Below are positions 8,852 through 18,268 of a stretch of DNA of 64,000 bases, in pieces (position 1 is the first letter of the stretch; each line of letters starts with the position of its first letter). The stretch covers positions 11,348-75,347 of the forward strand of contig JAUQPP010000001.1 of NCBI GenBank assembly GCA_030550315.1. Reading direction: 5' to 3'. The DNA comes from Thermotogota bacterium (GTDB lineage: Bacteria > Thermotogota > Thermotogae > Thermotogales > Fervidobacteriaceae). Below the pieces are notes generated by a model. That model saw only the letters and a list, made by a program, of their open reading frames with translations, ran no database searches and was not told the origin of the DNA. The position numbers and the translations under genes were made by a program.

Positions 8852-11317
8852 ATGACGCAGCCGAATAAAGGAGACCTTTTTGGTAATGTTAAACTCACAC
8901 CCATGATGAAACAATACATGGAAATAAAGGAAAAGTACAAGGATGCAATCCTACTTTTCAGACTTGGAGACTTTTATGAAGCGTTCTTTGATGATGCACA
9001 CACGGTCTCCAAAGTTTTGAACATCGTGTTGACAAAAAGACAGGATGCTCCCATGGCGGGTATACCGTACCACGCGCTCGATAATTATCTTAAAAAACTT
9101 GTTGACGCGGGATACAAAGTGGCAATCTGTGAGCAGATGGAGGACCCTTCCACGGCCAAAGGTATTGTAAGACGCGAGGTTACACGTGTGATAACTCCTG
9201 GAACGATAATCGAAGACGAACTTTTGACTAACGATAGTAACTTCCTAATGTCTCTATTTGAAAACACTGATGGAGTTATTCACGCGGTGCTTTCGGACCC
9301 TTCAACGGGAGATGTGGTAATAACGAAATTTGAGGACTCGGAAGAATTGATCGATTTTGTTGCAACGCACAAGATTTCTCAAATTATCTGTCCAGAAAGA
9401 TTCGGCGAGAAGCTATCTGGCGTAGTTAATGTTTTCATCGACAAGCTGGATGAATGGTATTACACTGACTCAGAGGAGACGATAAAACAAGCCTACGGAC
9501 TTGCAAGTATAGATCACTTTGAACTGGGCGTGTCTTTAAAGCCTTTTGGAGCACTCGTGAAGTACATAAAGTACACTTTAAACAAGGATGCTAAACTGAA
9601 AGTTCCCAAATTTTTGGAAGAGTCTATGTACATGACCTTAGATTTGACAACAGTTGAAAACCTTTCGTTGCTTCCAGGTGAACGTGGAAAAAATTTGTAT
9701 GATGTCCTTAACAAAACAAGAACCCCAATGGGGGCAAGACTACTTAAATGGGTTATTCTTCATCCCCTTAAGGACAGAATGTCTATTGAGAGAAGGCTCA
9801 ATATAGTCGAAGTGTTTTCTGAGGACTTTCTTTTAACAAACGAAGTTAGGGAGTATCTTGACGGAGTATACGACGTTGAGCGTATTGTTAGTCGACTCGA
9901 GTACGACAATGCCAAACCGAAAGACCTTGTAAGTCTTCGTGTGACACTCGAAGTTGTAGAGCCTTTGAGAGATGCTTTGATGACGAACGAGCGATTGAAG
10001 GAGATTATCTCAGGGATTCCGGATCTTACGGAGGTGAAGGAAGAAATCACCAAAACCATTGAAGATACGATTGAGGGTGAATTGGGAGAAGGTAAAATCA
10101 TCAAGCAGGGAGTGTCAAAGGAACTGGACGAGTACCGAGAGCTTTTGTACCACTCCGAAGAAAAACTCAGAGAATTTGAGGAAAAAGAACGAATAAGAAC
10201 TGGTATACAGAAACTGAAGGTAAGTTTCAACAACGTTTTTGGATACTACATAGAGGTCCCTAAGGGTCAGGTGAAGAACGTTCCCGATTATTACACCAGA
10301 GTCCAAACCTTGGTTAACGCGGAAAGATTCACCACGCCGGAACTCAAAGAATTCGAACAGAAAATATTGGCTGCCAAAGAGAAAGTGGAGACTCTAGAAA
10401 GACTCATTTTCAAAGAACTCTGTGATAAGATAAAAACCAAAGTGAATGAACTTAGAACCTTGGCTGAAATGCTCAGCTGGATTGATCTTTACACAACATT
10501 TGCGTATGTAGCAAAACAGTACGGATACACACGGCCAAGGCTTTCCGAAAACGAATTCCACATAGTTGCGGGGCGTCATCCAGTTGTTGAAAGGTTTGTT
10601 TCGGAGTTTGTACCAAACGACACCCACATGGACAAGAACGTCCGCATGTTCATACTAACAGGACCAAACATGAGTGGTAAGAGCACGTACATTCGGCAAG
10701 TCGGACTCATAGCACTCATGGCTCAAATTGGTTCTTTCGTTCCAGCAAAGGAGGCTGTAATACCAGTCTTCGACAGGATTTTTACGCGGATGGGTGCAAG
10801 GGATGATATTTCGACCGGGAAAAGCACGTTCTTGACTGAAATGAACGAAGTAGCACTCATTTTGAATAAGGCAACTGAACGAAGCCTTGTACTCCTTGAC
10901 GAGGTTGGTAGGGGTACAAGTACATTCGACGGTATCAGTATTGCTTGGGCGATGAGCGAATACATATACAACGAGATTAAATGCAAGACCATTTTCGCAA
11001 CGCACTTTACAGAGCTTACGGAATTGGGCTCCGTTTACAGTGGAATAAAGAATTACACTGTTGACGTTAAAGAAACTAAAGATGGTGTTATCTTCCTTCA
11101 CAAGGTTGTTGAAGGTGTAGCCGACAGAAGCTACGGTATAGAAGTTGCAGCTATTGCTGGACTTCCCGAGAGTATCATCCTTAGAGCAAAAGAGATTCTT
11201 GATGTCATAGTTGAGAAAAGTGATATTGAAAAGAAAGTTGGTATCCTGAAAGAAGGACAGATGAAGAAGCTGAAGGCAAAAAAAGCTGTCCCAGAGGGAC
11301 AGCTCAGGCTATTTTAG
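8852..11317 (+). CDS. mutS: DNA mismatch repair protein MutS
   Basis: ORF 8819..11317. The likely ATG is at 8852, after the tsaB stop. N-terminus TPMMKQYMEIKEKY, Walker A GPNMSGKST, and DEVGRGTSTFDG are present. Confidence 0.95.
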   Translation: MTQPNKGDLFGNVKLTPMMKQYMEIKEKYKDAILLFRLGDFYEAFFDDAHTVSKVLNIVLTKRQDAPMAGIPYHALDNYLKKLVDAGYKVAICEQMEDPSTAKGIVRREVTRVITPGTIIEDELLTNDSNFLMSLFENTDGVIHAVLSDPSTGDVVITKFEDSEELIDFVATHKISQIICPERFGEKLSGVVNVFIDKLDEWYYTDSEETIKQAYGLASIDHFELGVSLKPFGALVKYIKYTLNKDAKLKVPKFLEESMYMTLDLTTVENLSLLPGERGKNLYDVLNKTRTPMGARLLKWVILHPLKDRMSIERRLNIVEVFSEDFLLTNEVREYLDGVYDVERIVSRLEYDNAKPKDLVSLRVTLEVVEPLRDALMTNERLKEIISGIPDLTEVKEEITKTIEDTIEGELGEGKIIKQGVSKELDEYRELLYHSEEKLREFEEKERIRTGIQKLKVSFNNVFGYYIEVPKGQVKNVPDYYTRVQTLVNAERFTTPELKEFEQKILAAKEKVETLERLIFKELCDKIKTKVNELRTLAEMLSWIDLYTTFAYVAKQYGYTRPRLSENEFHIVAGRHPVVERFVSEFVPNDTHMDKNVRMFILTGPNMSGKSTYIRQVGLIALMAQIGSFVPAKEAVIPVFDRIFTRMGARDDISTGKSTFLTEMNEVALILNKATERSLVLLDEVGRGTSTFDGISIAWAMSEYIYNEIKCKTIFATHFTELTELGSVYSGIKNYTVDVKETKDGVIFLHKVVEGVADRSYGIEVAAIAGLPESIILRAKEILDVIVEKSDIEKKVGILKEGQMKKLKAKKAVPEGQLRLF

Positions 11318-11331
11318 ACCTTTATCTACGT

Positions 11332-12219
11332 TCATGCATTACCATAAATCTCATTCCACACCAGTTTTACCTTTGCGATATCCTCAGCGTGCTCAGGGTT
11401 ATCTCCTGGAGTTTCGAGTATAAGAGGGAGAGAGGATATAATTTCGTTTGATAATAAAACTTTGAGCCCATTGAGGCCTATTGTTCCATTACCGATGTTC
11501 TCATGCCTATCTTTTTGTGAACCGAGCTCGTTCTTTGAGTCGTTCAAATGAATGAATTTCAACCTTTTGATACCGACGTTCTTATCTATCTCTTCGAGAA
11601 GTTTTTTTATGCCCTCGGAATTTGTGATATCGTAACCTGCATCAAATCCGTGGCACGTGTCGAAAGTTAAACCTATTCGCTCCGGATATTCGCACAGTTC
11701 TATGATTTTTCGCATCTGTTCGTAGTTGTAACCTATGTTTCCACCTTTCATTGTAACGTTTTCAAGGAGTATATACACAGTTTTTTCGGCTTTCATTATT
11801 CTGTTCAACGCCTTAGCAATTCGCTCGATACCGGCTTCTTCTCCTTCGCCAAGATGACTTCCTGGATGGATATTGAGGTACTTTATGCCAAGTTTTGCGC
11901 ATATCTTCATCTCGATTTCTAACAACGCGACAGATTTTTCCCAAACATCTTCTTTCGGACTGGCAATGTTAACCAAGTACCCCGAGTGGCACAACATGAA
12001 CTCCGGGTTCAGGTTAAATTTCTTCACTCCACGTATGAAACGGACAACGTCTTCGTTGTCGGGCAATCTTGCGTTCCACTGACGGGGGTTGTGTGGAAAG
12101 ATCTGAAACGCGTTTCCTCCAATTTCAACCGTTTCCCTCGGTACTCGTTCGAATCCTCCACCTATCGGCATGTGCGCACCTATGATAGGCTCCTTAGAGA
12201 CCTTTTCCACAATGTTCAC
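11332..12219 (-). CDS. nfo: Endonuclease IV (AP endonuclease, TIM barrel)
   Basis: 295 aa with GAHMPIGGG, HPGSHLG and HLNDSKNELGSQKDRHENIG motifs. An alternative GTG start at 12210 lies 6 nt after GAGGTG. Confidence 0.88.
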   Translation of the reverse strand: MNIVEKVSKEPIIGAHMPIGGGFERVPRETVEIGGNAFQIFPHNPRQWNARLPDNEDVVRFIRGVKKFNLNPEFMLCHSGYLVNIASPKEDVWEKSVALLEIEMKICAKLGIKYLNIHPGSHLGEGEEAGIERIAKALNRIMKAEKTVYILLENVTMKGGNIGYNYEQMRKIIELCEYPERIGLTFDTCHGFDAGYDITNSEGIKKLLEEIDKNVGIKRLKFIHLNDSKNELGSQKDRHENIGNGTIGLNGLKVLLSNEIISSLPLILETPGDNPEHAEDIAKVKLVWNEIYGNA

Positions 12220-12337
12220 CTCACCAGTTTTATGAATAACTCATTTAAATTATACCATCTGTTTTTTCCACAAATTTGGTAAAATAATACCGGTCTAAGG
12301 AAAGAATTTGAGAACATAAAAAAAGCGGGGGATTGTT

Positions 12338-13651
12338 GTGGAAAAAACGTTGAAATTTCGGATTTTGATTGTGGTATTTTTGATTTTCACATCGTTTTTT
12401 TGTACTCTTGTATTTGGCGGGCTCGATCTTGTGGAGTATGTGAGCTCTTCAGGTGCTCCAAGTTATAAGGTTATTTCAAGCTTATCAAGTATTGTTGGCG
12501 GACGCTCTTTTCTATTGGAAGTTATCAGTCAAAAGTGGCGAAATATGAATTGGCTTCACAAGGTTCTAGTTTGCATTCCTCGGAATTTGTCGTTCAAGTC
12601 ACACGCGATTCTTGTAATCAACGGTTCGGTGCCACGCGATTTGACGCAAAGTGTCAATCAGTTTGCTACCATTGCAGAATCATTCGGTGCTCCGGTTATT
12701 TCACTTTGGGACGTACCTAATCAACCAATTTATGGCCTTCGCGAAGACGCGTTGATAGCTTACACGTTTTACCAATACTACCAGTCTGGTGAACCTGATT
12801 GGCCACTCCTGTTTCCTATGGTGAAAAGTGTTATTTCGGCGATGGATTGCGTTCAGGAGTTCTTCCTAACGCACGGTCTAAAGCTCGAAAAATTCCTGGT
12901 AACCGGGGCATCGAAAAGAGGTTGGACGGCCTATCTTGTTGGAGCAGTTGATCCCAGGGTGATGGCTATTGTGCCAATCGTCTACGATAACTTGAATATG
13001 CCCAAGCAGATGAGAAAGCAACTGGAAATGTACGGAAATTTCAGCGAGCAGATAAGATATTACTCAAAATACTCGTTTACCGAGATGGTGGCAACTTCCA
13101 AAGAAGTTCCAGAACTCGTGAAGGCCGTAGATCCATACTTTTATGATATTCCCGTGCCAAAACTTTTAATTTTGGGCTCTAACGACCCGTACTGGGTTGT
13201 AAACTCATCTGAGATTTACTTTTCTGACCTTTCCGATCCGAAGTATGTTAGGGTGTTTCCCAATGAGGGGCACGATATCCGTAACGCTGTGGAGGTTGCG
13301 AACGCAATAAGGACGTTCTTCTGGTTATGCATCCGGGGAAGCTTTCCTAAAGTTGATTGGCATTTTGACGGTCAAGATTTCATTGTTAGTACCGATTCAC
13401 AAGTTTGTTTTGCACGCTTTTGGTACGCATATTCAGAAAGTTTGGACTTTAGAAAATCAACGTGGAAAAGCCTTGAAATAGAAATGGAATACGTTGTTCA
13501 AGCAGAAACTGGCGATTTTTTGATTTACGCAAAACCTAGCAATTTTCTCAATAAGGACAAGAATTTGGCATTTTTTGTTGAAATTGGATTGGTGAGGGAT
13601 AGTATGACTTTTGTTGTGACTACGACTCCGAAGGTGCTGAAAATAAAATAA
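12338..13651 (+). CDS. Secreted alpha/beta hydrolase-like protein of the PhoPQ-activated pathogenicity-related (PqaA-type) family
   Basis: 437 aa, GTG start after GCGGGGGA, N-terminal hydrophobic segment. The VTGASKRGWTAY nucleophile-elbow-like motif is one I associate with the PqaA-type family. The assignment is from memory of that motif only. Confidence 0.5.
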   Translation: MEKTLKFRILIVVFLIFTSFFCTLVFGGLDLVEYVSSSGAPSYKVISSLSSIVGGRSFLLEVISQKWRNMNWLHKVLVCIPRNLSFKSHAILVINGSVPRDLTQSVNQFATIAESFGAPVISLWDVPNQPIYGLREDALIAYTFYQYYQSGEPDWPLLFPMVKSVISAMDCVQEFFLTHGLKLEKFLVTGASKRGWTAYLVGAVDPRVMAIVPIVYDNLNMPKQMRKQLEMYGNFSEQIRYYSKYSFTEMVATSKEVPELVKAVDPYFYDIPVPKLLILGSNDPYWVVNSSEIYFSDLSDPKYVRVFPNEGHDIRNAVEVANAIRTFFWLCIRGSFPKVDWHFDGQDFIVSTDSQVCFARFWYAYSESLDFRKSTWKSLEIEMEYVVQAETGDFLIYAKPSNFLNKDKNLAFFVEIGLVRDSMTFVVTTTPKVLKIK

Positions 13652-13656
13652 AAAAA

Positions 13657-13675
13657 CACCCCCAATACGGGGGTG
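13657..13675. terminator. Hairpin terminator, strongest for the minus-strand gene 13739..14104
   Basis: CACCCCC-AATAC-GGGGGTG. Read on the minus strand it is followed by TTTTTTTATTTT. Confidence 0.55.
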
Positions 13676-13738
13676 AAATGAGAAGGGGGATGGGGAGGGG
13701 GAGCTCTGGCTTAGCAGGTCAATTTTTTGCTTGAGATA

Positions 13739-14104
13739 TCATTTTGTTTCTGGTGTCATTCTGAAGTAGTTTGTGTTTTCATCATGTTCGATTTTCTTAT
13801 ATCTATGCGTTGCAGTCTCGTACATCCGGTTGATTATAGCCATGAGATCACTATTTTTTCCAATTTCTTCAACAATTTTGCTCAAGTCACCGTTGAATTG
13901 GTAGCTGAATTCCTTTTCATCAAACCGAATGTCTTCTACGAATTTCATCGGTACATCTGGATTTATCTTTTGAATTAATCTTAGAACATACTCGGCAAAA
14001 ATTTTCCTAACATCGCTCTTCCTCTTTGCTTCGGCAAGTTTTTCTCTGTATTCAGTTTCAAGTTCGTGTTCGTACTTCACATAACTGTACATTTTCTCCG
14101 ACAT
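13739..14104 (-). CDS. Hypothetical protein (122 aa, charged, helical-looking)
   Basis: ORF 13739..14173. The likely ATG is at 14104 after GAGGGGGGA. I recognise no motif. Confidence 0.55.
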   Translation of the reverse strand: MSEKMYSYVKYEHELETEYREKLAEAKRKSDVRKIFAEYVLRLIQKINPDVPMKFVEDIRFDEKEFSYQFNGDLSKIVEEIGKNSDLMAIINRMYETATHRYKKIEHDENTNYFRMTPETK

Positions 14105-14305
14105 ACTATCCCCCCTCGAGAGTTTGGAACTTTTGACTAAATCAGGGGGAAGTGGCCCCCTGATTTCGCTCACTTTACCTCATTTTTACTCTTTCCAGTT
14201 ATTTAGACCGACCAGGCCCTGGAAGTGTTCTAATGAAATTCTTCACAAACATTCGGAACTCTCAGGTTTTTTAAGTTTGATGGCAGAATATATTTTCGGG
14301 CGCCA

Positions 14306-15943
14306 TTACTTTAGAAAATGGAGTATTACAACGAGTTTTGTACCAACAGGACTGATGCTTAGCGAGATATCAGGAGTGGTATTTAAAAGATTGCTTAATT
14401 TTTCTGTCGATGAGAATACTATATCTTGATCGTCTACATCTAAATAAAGAAGAAACATCGCGTGGACGTTACCGGTTTTATCTATCAATTGTACAAAATC
14501 GAAATCCTCTCTGCTGACACCTGCGAATTCTATGGCGTCCGTAACATTCCACTCGCCCTCTTGGAGCATACTTTGTATGAAAGAATTTAGCAGGTTTGCA
14601 AATTTATGGATTAGCTCATCAGTTTCACTGAGGACTTCTTCTGAACTTTCTTCTTCATCTTCTTCTGGAAACTCGAAAGGATAGTACGGTTTTTCATTGA
14701 AAATATCCTCACTTTCTTGAATTTGTATTTCTTCTTCAAAAAACCTAAGAAAATCAGAGATTTTGGGAATTTTTACACTAATTTTGGTTACGTCGTCGGT
14801 GGCTCTGGTAATGTGGATCTTCATGTTAAATAATTCCGCATAAAGAACGGTGTCGTCTGTAACGACGTTGTCCGCCTTGGTTAAGACTGCATTTTCTGTT
14901 CTTACTAACACAAAACCTTCTTTTATATCAAGAGGAAATGACAAATGTGCCACGGATGAAAAGACTTTGTCTTCGTAAGTAGCCTTGGGTTTTATTGAGA
15001 GCACCATCTGTGTATTTTCTTTATCTTCACAGGTGAGAAGAGATAGTGCAACACTTTCCACCCAGTTTGGTTCGATTGGAAAAAGTGTCAAAGGAGTTAT
15101 GGATTTTAAAGCCAGCGCGTTGAATGGTTCAACTGACAACAAACGAATTGTAGCGTTTTCGAGTGTAAAATGTTTCTTAATGTTTGTTAGTTTAGAAATC
15201 AGTTCTCTTTCTAGTTGTGATACTTCTTTTTTTATGAACACCTCTGCTTCTACACTTTGGTCTTCACAGATTCTCAAATATCCCTTTTCGCTTTGGGGGG
15301 TCCCGTAGATATCACCAAGCAGGTAAAAAACCATACCAAGTATCGGTAGATTGAGAGCTTCGTGATAAACAAGCGCATCATCCGGAATTTCGAGCACGTG
15401 GGAGTAATTTATGTTTTCTGCAAGGAGTTCTAAAAACCGTGCCATGGTGTCGGAAAAAGTTAAGTAGACACCGCTTTCGAGTTTATAGATGTGTCCGATG
15501 CCTTCTTCGGTTATCACGGCAACGTATTTTTCGGATTTTTCATCGAACTGTACGGACACAATTTCTAAGAGCATCAAAAAGTTCTCGATGCTTTCAAACC
15601 GAGTATCCGCTGGGAACACGAAAATTATTGGCAATTTTCTAAAACTAGACAAGATCGTTTCAAGGTTGAAAGAGTCGTTCAGCAACAATTCCCAGTTGCT
15701 TAATAAAAGCTGATTGCTGAACTTTCCCGTAACTGTAATCATTTCGGGAAGATTCACAATTTCTGGTATTTGACGAATCTTTTCGTCAGACTGGTCTTCA
15801 TTGAGAATTGTAATCAAATCGTAGATACTACGAATGTGGAATATGAAGTTCATACCTTGAGGGATGGATATTTGGAAAGCTCCAACGGAAACTGAAATGA
15901 GTAACAAAAGAGCCGCCAACGTACCACGAATATTCTTCAGCAC
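14306..15943 (-). CDS. Hypothetical secreted or membrane-anchored protein (545 aa) with an acidic linker
   Basis: N-terminal signal or anchor MLKNIRGTLAALLLLISVSVGAF. Internal acidic stretch EFPEEDEEESSEEVLSETDE. No recognisable family. Confidence 0.65.
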   Translation of the reverse strand: MLKNIRGTLAALLLLISVSVGAFQISIPQGMNFIFHIRSIYDLITILNEDQSDEKIRQIPEIVNLPEMITVTGKFSNQLLLSNWELLLNDSFNLETILSSFRKLPIIFVFPADTRFESIENFLMLLEIVSVQFDEKSEKYVAVITEEGIGHIYKLESGVYLTFSDTMARFLELLAENINYSHVLEIPDDALVYHEALNLPILGMVFYLLGDIYGTPQSEKGYLRICEDQSVEAEVFIKKEVSQLERELISKLTNIKKHFTLENATIRLLSVEPFNALALKSITPLTLFPIEPNWVESVALSLLTCEDKENTQMVLSIKPKATYEDKVFSSVAHLSFPLDIKEGFVLVRTENAVLTKADNVVTDDTVLYAELFNMKIHITRATDDVTKISVKIPKISDFLRFFEEEIQIQESEDIFNEKPYYPFEFPEEDEEESSEEVLSETDELIHKFANLLNSFIQSMLQEGEWNVTDAIEFAGVSREDFDFVQLIDKTGNVHAMFLLYLDVDDQDIVFSSTEKLSNLLNTTPDISLSISPVGTKLVVILHFLK

Positions 15944-16025
15944 AACTATCCCCTCCTTGGTGTTCTAGAATAAAGCCGGAGTCAACACTCTTTGCGAAAA
16001 CTATTAGATGGAAAAATTGTTAACT

Positions 16026-16940
16026 CTACACCTTTGTCTTCCCTCTCAGGTACGCGTACCAACTCGTACCGATGATTATCAAGATGATACTAACTACTTG
16101 CGCAGCTCTAAGACCTCCAGCCATGAGGCTGTCAAGTCTCAGCGATTCTATCCAAAATCGACCAATGGAGTAAAGTACGAGGTACAGCGCCGTAGTTTCA
16201 CCATAGCTTCTTTTCTTCTTTTCCATGTAAAAATAGAGAAAAATGAAGACCCCAATGTTCCAAAGGCTCTCGTAGAGGAAGGTGGGATGGAAGTATTCGA
16301 AGTTGTCAAAACCAGGCATCCTCCTATCAGGTGGAACGTACATCTTCCATGGCAAATTTGTCGGCCTACCATAAGCTTCGTAATTGAAGAAATTTCCCCA
16401 TCTGCCTATCGCTTGCCCCACAGGAAGAACACTGGTGAATAGGTCCGTAGCGTGAAGAAAGTTAAAGTAACCTTTCACTTTCGAGTAGATGAATATCATA
16501 AGGAGTACGGCGAATATAGCTCCGTGTATCGCCAGACCACCGTGCCAAATTTTCCAAATCTCCGAAGGATTTCGAGAGTAATATCCCCAATTGAAAATAA
16601 CGTAATAAGTTCGAGCTCCAAGGATACCGCTCAAAATTCCCCAGAATACTCCCTCATCTAAGTCCTCGGGTTTGATATGGTAGTTCTTGAGACGCCGGCG
16701 CGCAAGAAAGTAAGCTGTAAATATCCCCGTTGCTATGCAAACACTATACCATCTCAGTTGGAAACGTCCAACTTGGAAGATGTAGTCTTTGACAATTAAC
16801 TCACCGCTAAATACGGTCTTCAAGAAGAAAAACAATGTAAGACCGACCAGGAAAAAGATGGAAATTGGAATTCCCCATACTAAGAGTGCTTTTTTTGAGA
16901 CCTTTTTGCCGTTTTTTTCATCGTTTGAGAGATTCTTCAT
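16026..16940 (-). CDS. lgt: Prolipoprotein diacylglyceryl transferase
   Basis: ORF 16026..16946. The likely ATG is at 16940, 9 nt after GGGAGGGGGA. It is a multi-TM protein with the GRWGNFFNYEAYG signature. Confidence 0.9.
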   Translation of the reverse strand: MKNLSNDEKNGKKVSKKALLVWGIPISIFFLVGLTLFFFLKTVFSGELIVKDYIFQVGRFQLRWYSVCIATGIFTAYFLARRRLKNYHIKPEDLDEGVFWGILSGILGARTYYVIFNWGYYSRNPSEIWKIWHGGLAIHGAIFAVLLMIFIYSKVKGYFNFLHATDLFTSVLPVGQAIGRWGNFFNYEAYGRPTNLPWKMYVPPDRRMPGFDNFEYFHPTFLYESLWNIGVFIFLYFYMEKKKRSYGETTALYLVLYSIGRFWIESLRLDSLMAGGLRAAQVVSIILIIIGTSWYAYLRGKTKV

Positions 16941-16942
16941 CG

Positions 16943-17539
16943 TCAAAATTCCCCCTCCCGTTGTCTTTTTCTAAGATCCCTTTCCCAAAGCTCTTTGTAA
17001 ACATAGCTTAGTTGTGAAAGCTTTTCTTTTATCTTGTCGTTAAACGGAACACGATGCCAAAAAATTTCTCTGACCTGTTTTTCGAGTTTTTGAATTCCCT
17101 TTGACTCTTTCGATATCCACAGCACGTAATCTTTTGAAAAAAGTTCCGCGGGATTTCCTTTGATTTTGTTTTCCTCCAAATACCTATAGTATTCACCTGT
17201 CAAACCTTCCTCCATCCACCGACCGAATGCGAGTTCTTTTTCCAATTTCCACCGGTAATCTCCAAATGCTTGGTAAAATGGTTCAATACCTTTTCGCGAA
17301 AAGATGGGAATTGCAACGCGACCGCGTCCGTAAATGTTCGTTCCCTCCACGGGTTCCCAACAGAAACCTACTTCACCGTAACTTGGGACGATTACCACGT
17401 AAGGTGGCATGAAAATCGTCGAATTTTTGATCTTTCGCTGAAAAGTAGATGGTTCGACAAAAATTAGTTCTTCTAAGAGCTTGCAAGTTGATTGTTTTGC
17501 GAACAAAAAATTAACATCCCTAAGAAAATTTGAATTCAA
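16943..17539 (-). CDS. Hypothetical protein (198 aa)
   Basis: TTG start overlaps the stop of the upstream ORF (cTTTGA). No recognisable motif. Coding is supported by tight coupling to both neighbours. Confidence 0.55.
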   Translation of the reverse strand: MNSNFLRDVNFLFAKQSTCKLLEELIFVEPSTFQRKIKNSTIFMPPYVVIVPSYGEVGFCWEPVEGTNIYGRGRVAIPIFSRKGIEPFYQAFGDYRWKLEKELAFGRWMEEGLTGEYYRYLEENKIKGNPAELFSKDYVLWISKESKGIQKLEKQVREIFWHRVPFNDKIKEKLSQLSYVYKELWERDLRKRQREGEF

Positions 17540-18261
17540 AGCCGGGTAATTAACCCCGAATTTTCCAACAGATTTTTTACCATCTGCTTTACTACGAAAA
17601 TTTCGGAAAAAACTCTTTGTTCGCTCGTTACCTCTTTCGCTTCTTTTGAAACTGATTTGTTTTGCTCCAAATTCTTTATTGTTTCGTAAAGTCCCTTAAT
17701 TTCCGAGTCCATTCTTCTCAAGTTTCCAGCAGTGCGTACTATCTCATCAAGGATAACGTACACGCCTTTAGTGTAAGGTCCCTTTGATTGCACACCTTTT
17801 ACCAAGTCTCTGAGTTTTTCCTCTTCGATCATTCGATCGTTAAGCTTACGTTCGTACTCCTTTACAAGCCAAGTTAAATCTACTGTTCGCTGTTGTTCAA
17901 CATTTTGAATGACATCTTCGAATGTTGAAGGCCGTACTTTTCCGTTTTTTACAGCAATGAGCCATTCGTCCGTATAAAACACCGTTTCATGTTCAAAACT
18001 TGAGAACATTTCCTTGATTTTGTCTAAGTCATCCTTGCCAACGTAGCGTGGGTCAACCAAGCCGAGCCTTATAAACAACTTTTGCTCAATGGGAGAGTCT
18101 TCGTTTAAGATATTTGCAACAGCTTCGAATAGCTGCCAAAAAACGTTTACGAACTGCTCCTTGTAACTTTGGAAGTCCTTTTCGTGAAGTTCTTTGATTC
18201 GTAAAAACTCAGTTTTTAGGGATTTTTCGATGCCGAAAAATATGTTTTCAAAAAACGCCAT
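17536..18261 (-). CDS. Hypothetical protein (241 aa, helical or coiled-coil-looking)
   Basis: ATG start 7 nt downstream of the preceding gene's end. No recognisable motif. Confidence 0.6.
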   Translation of the reverse strand: MAFFENIFFGIEKSLKTEFLRIKELHEKDFQSYKEQFVNVFWQLFEAVANILNEDSPIEQKLFIRLGLVDPRYVGKDDLDKIKEMFSSFEHETVFYTDEWLIAVKNGKVRPSTFEDVIQNVEQQRTVDLTWLVKEYERKLNDRMIEEEKLRDLVKGVQSKGPYTKGVYVILDEIVRTAGNLRRMDSEIKGLYETIKNLEQNKSVSKEAKEVTSEQRVFSEIFVVKQMVKNLLENSGLITRL

Positions 18262-18268
18262 AATCGGA

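Noticed and set aside
8161-8940. 259-aa minus-strand ORF spanning tsaB and the start of mutS.
   Set aside because: It is antisense to two genes with strong family signatures. It has no RBS, its composition is Phe/Leu/Ser/Cys-rich as expected for an antisense frame, and it has no motif.
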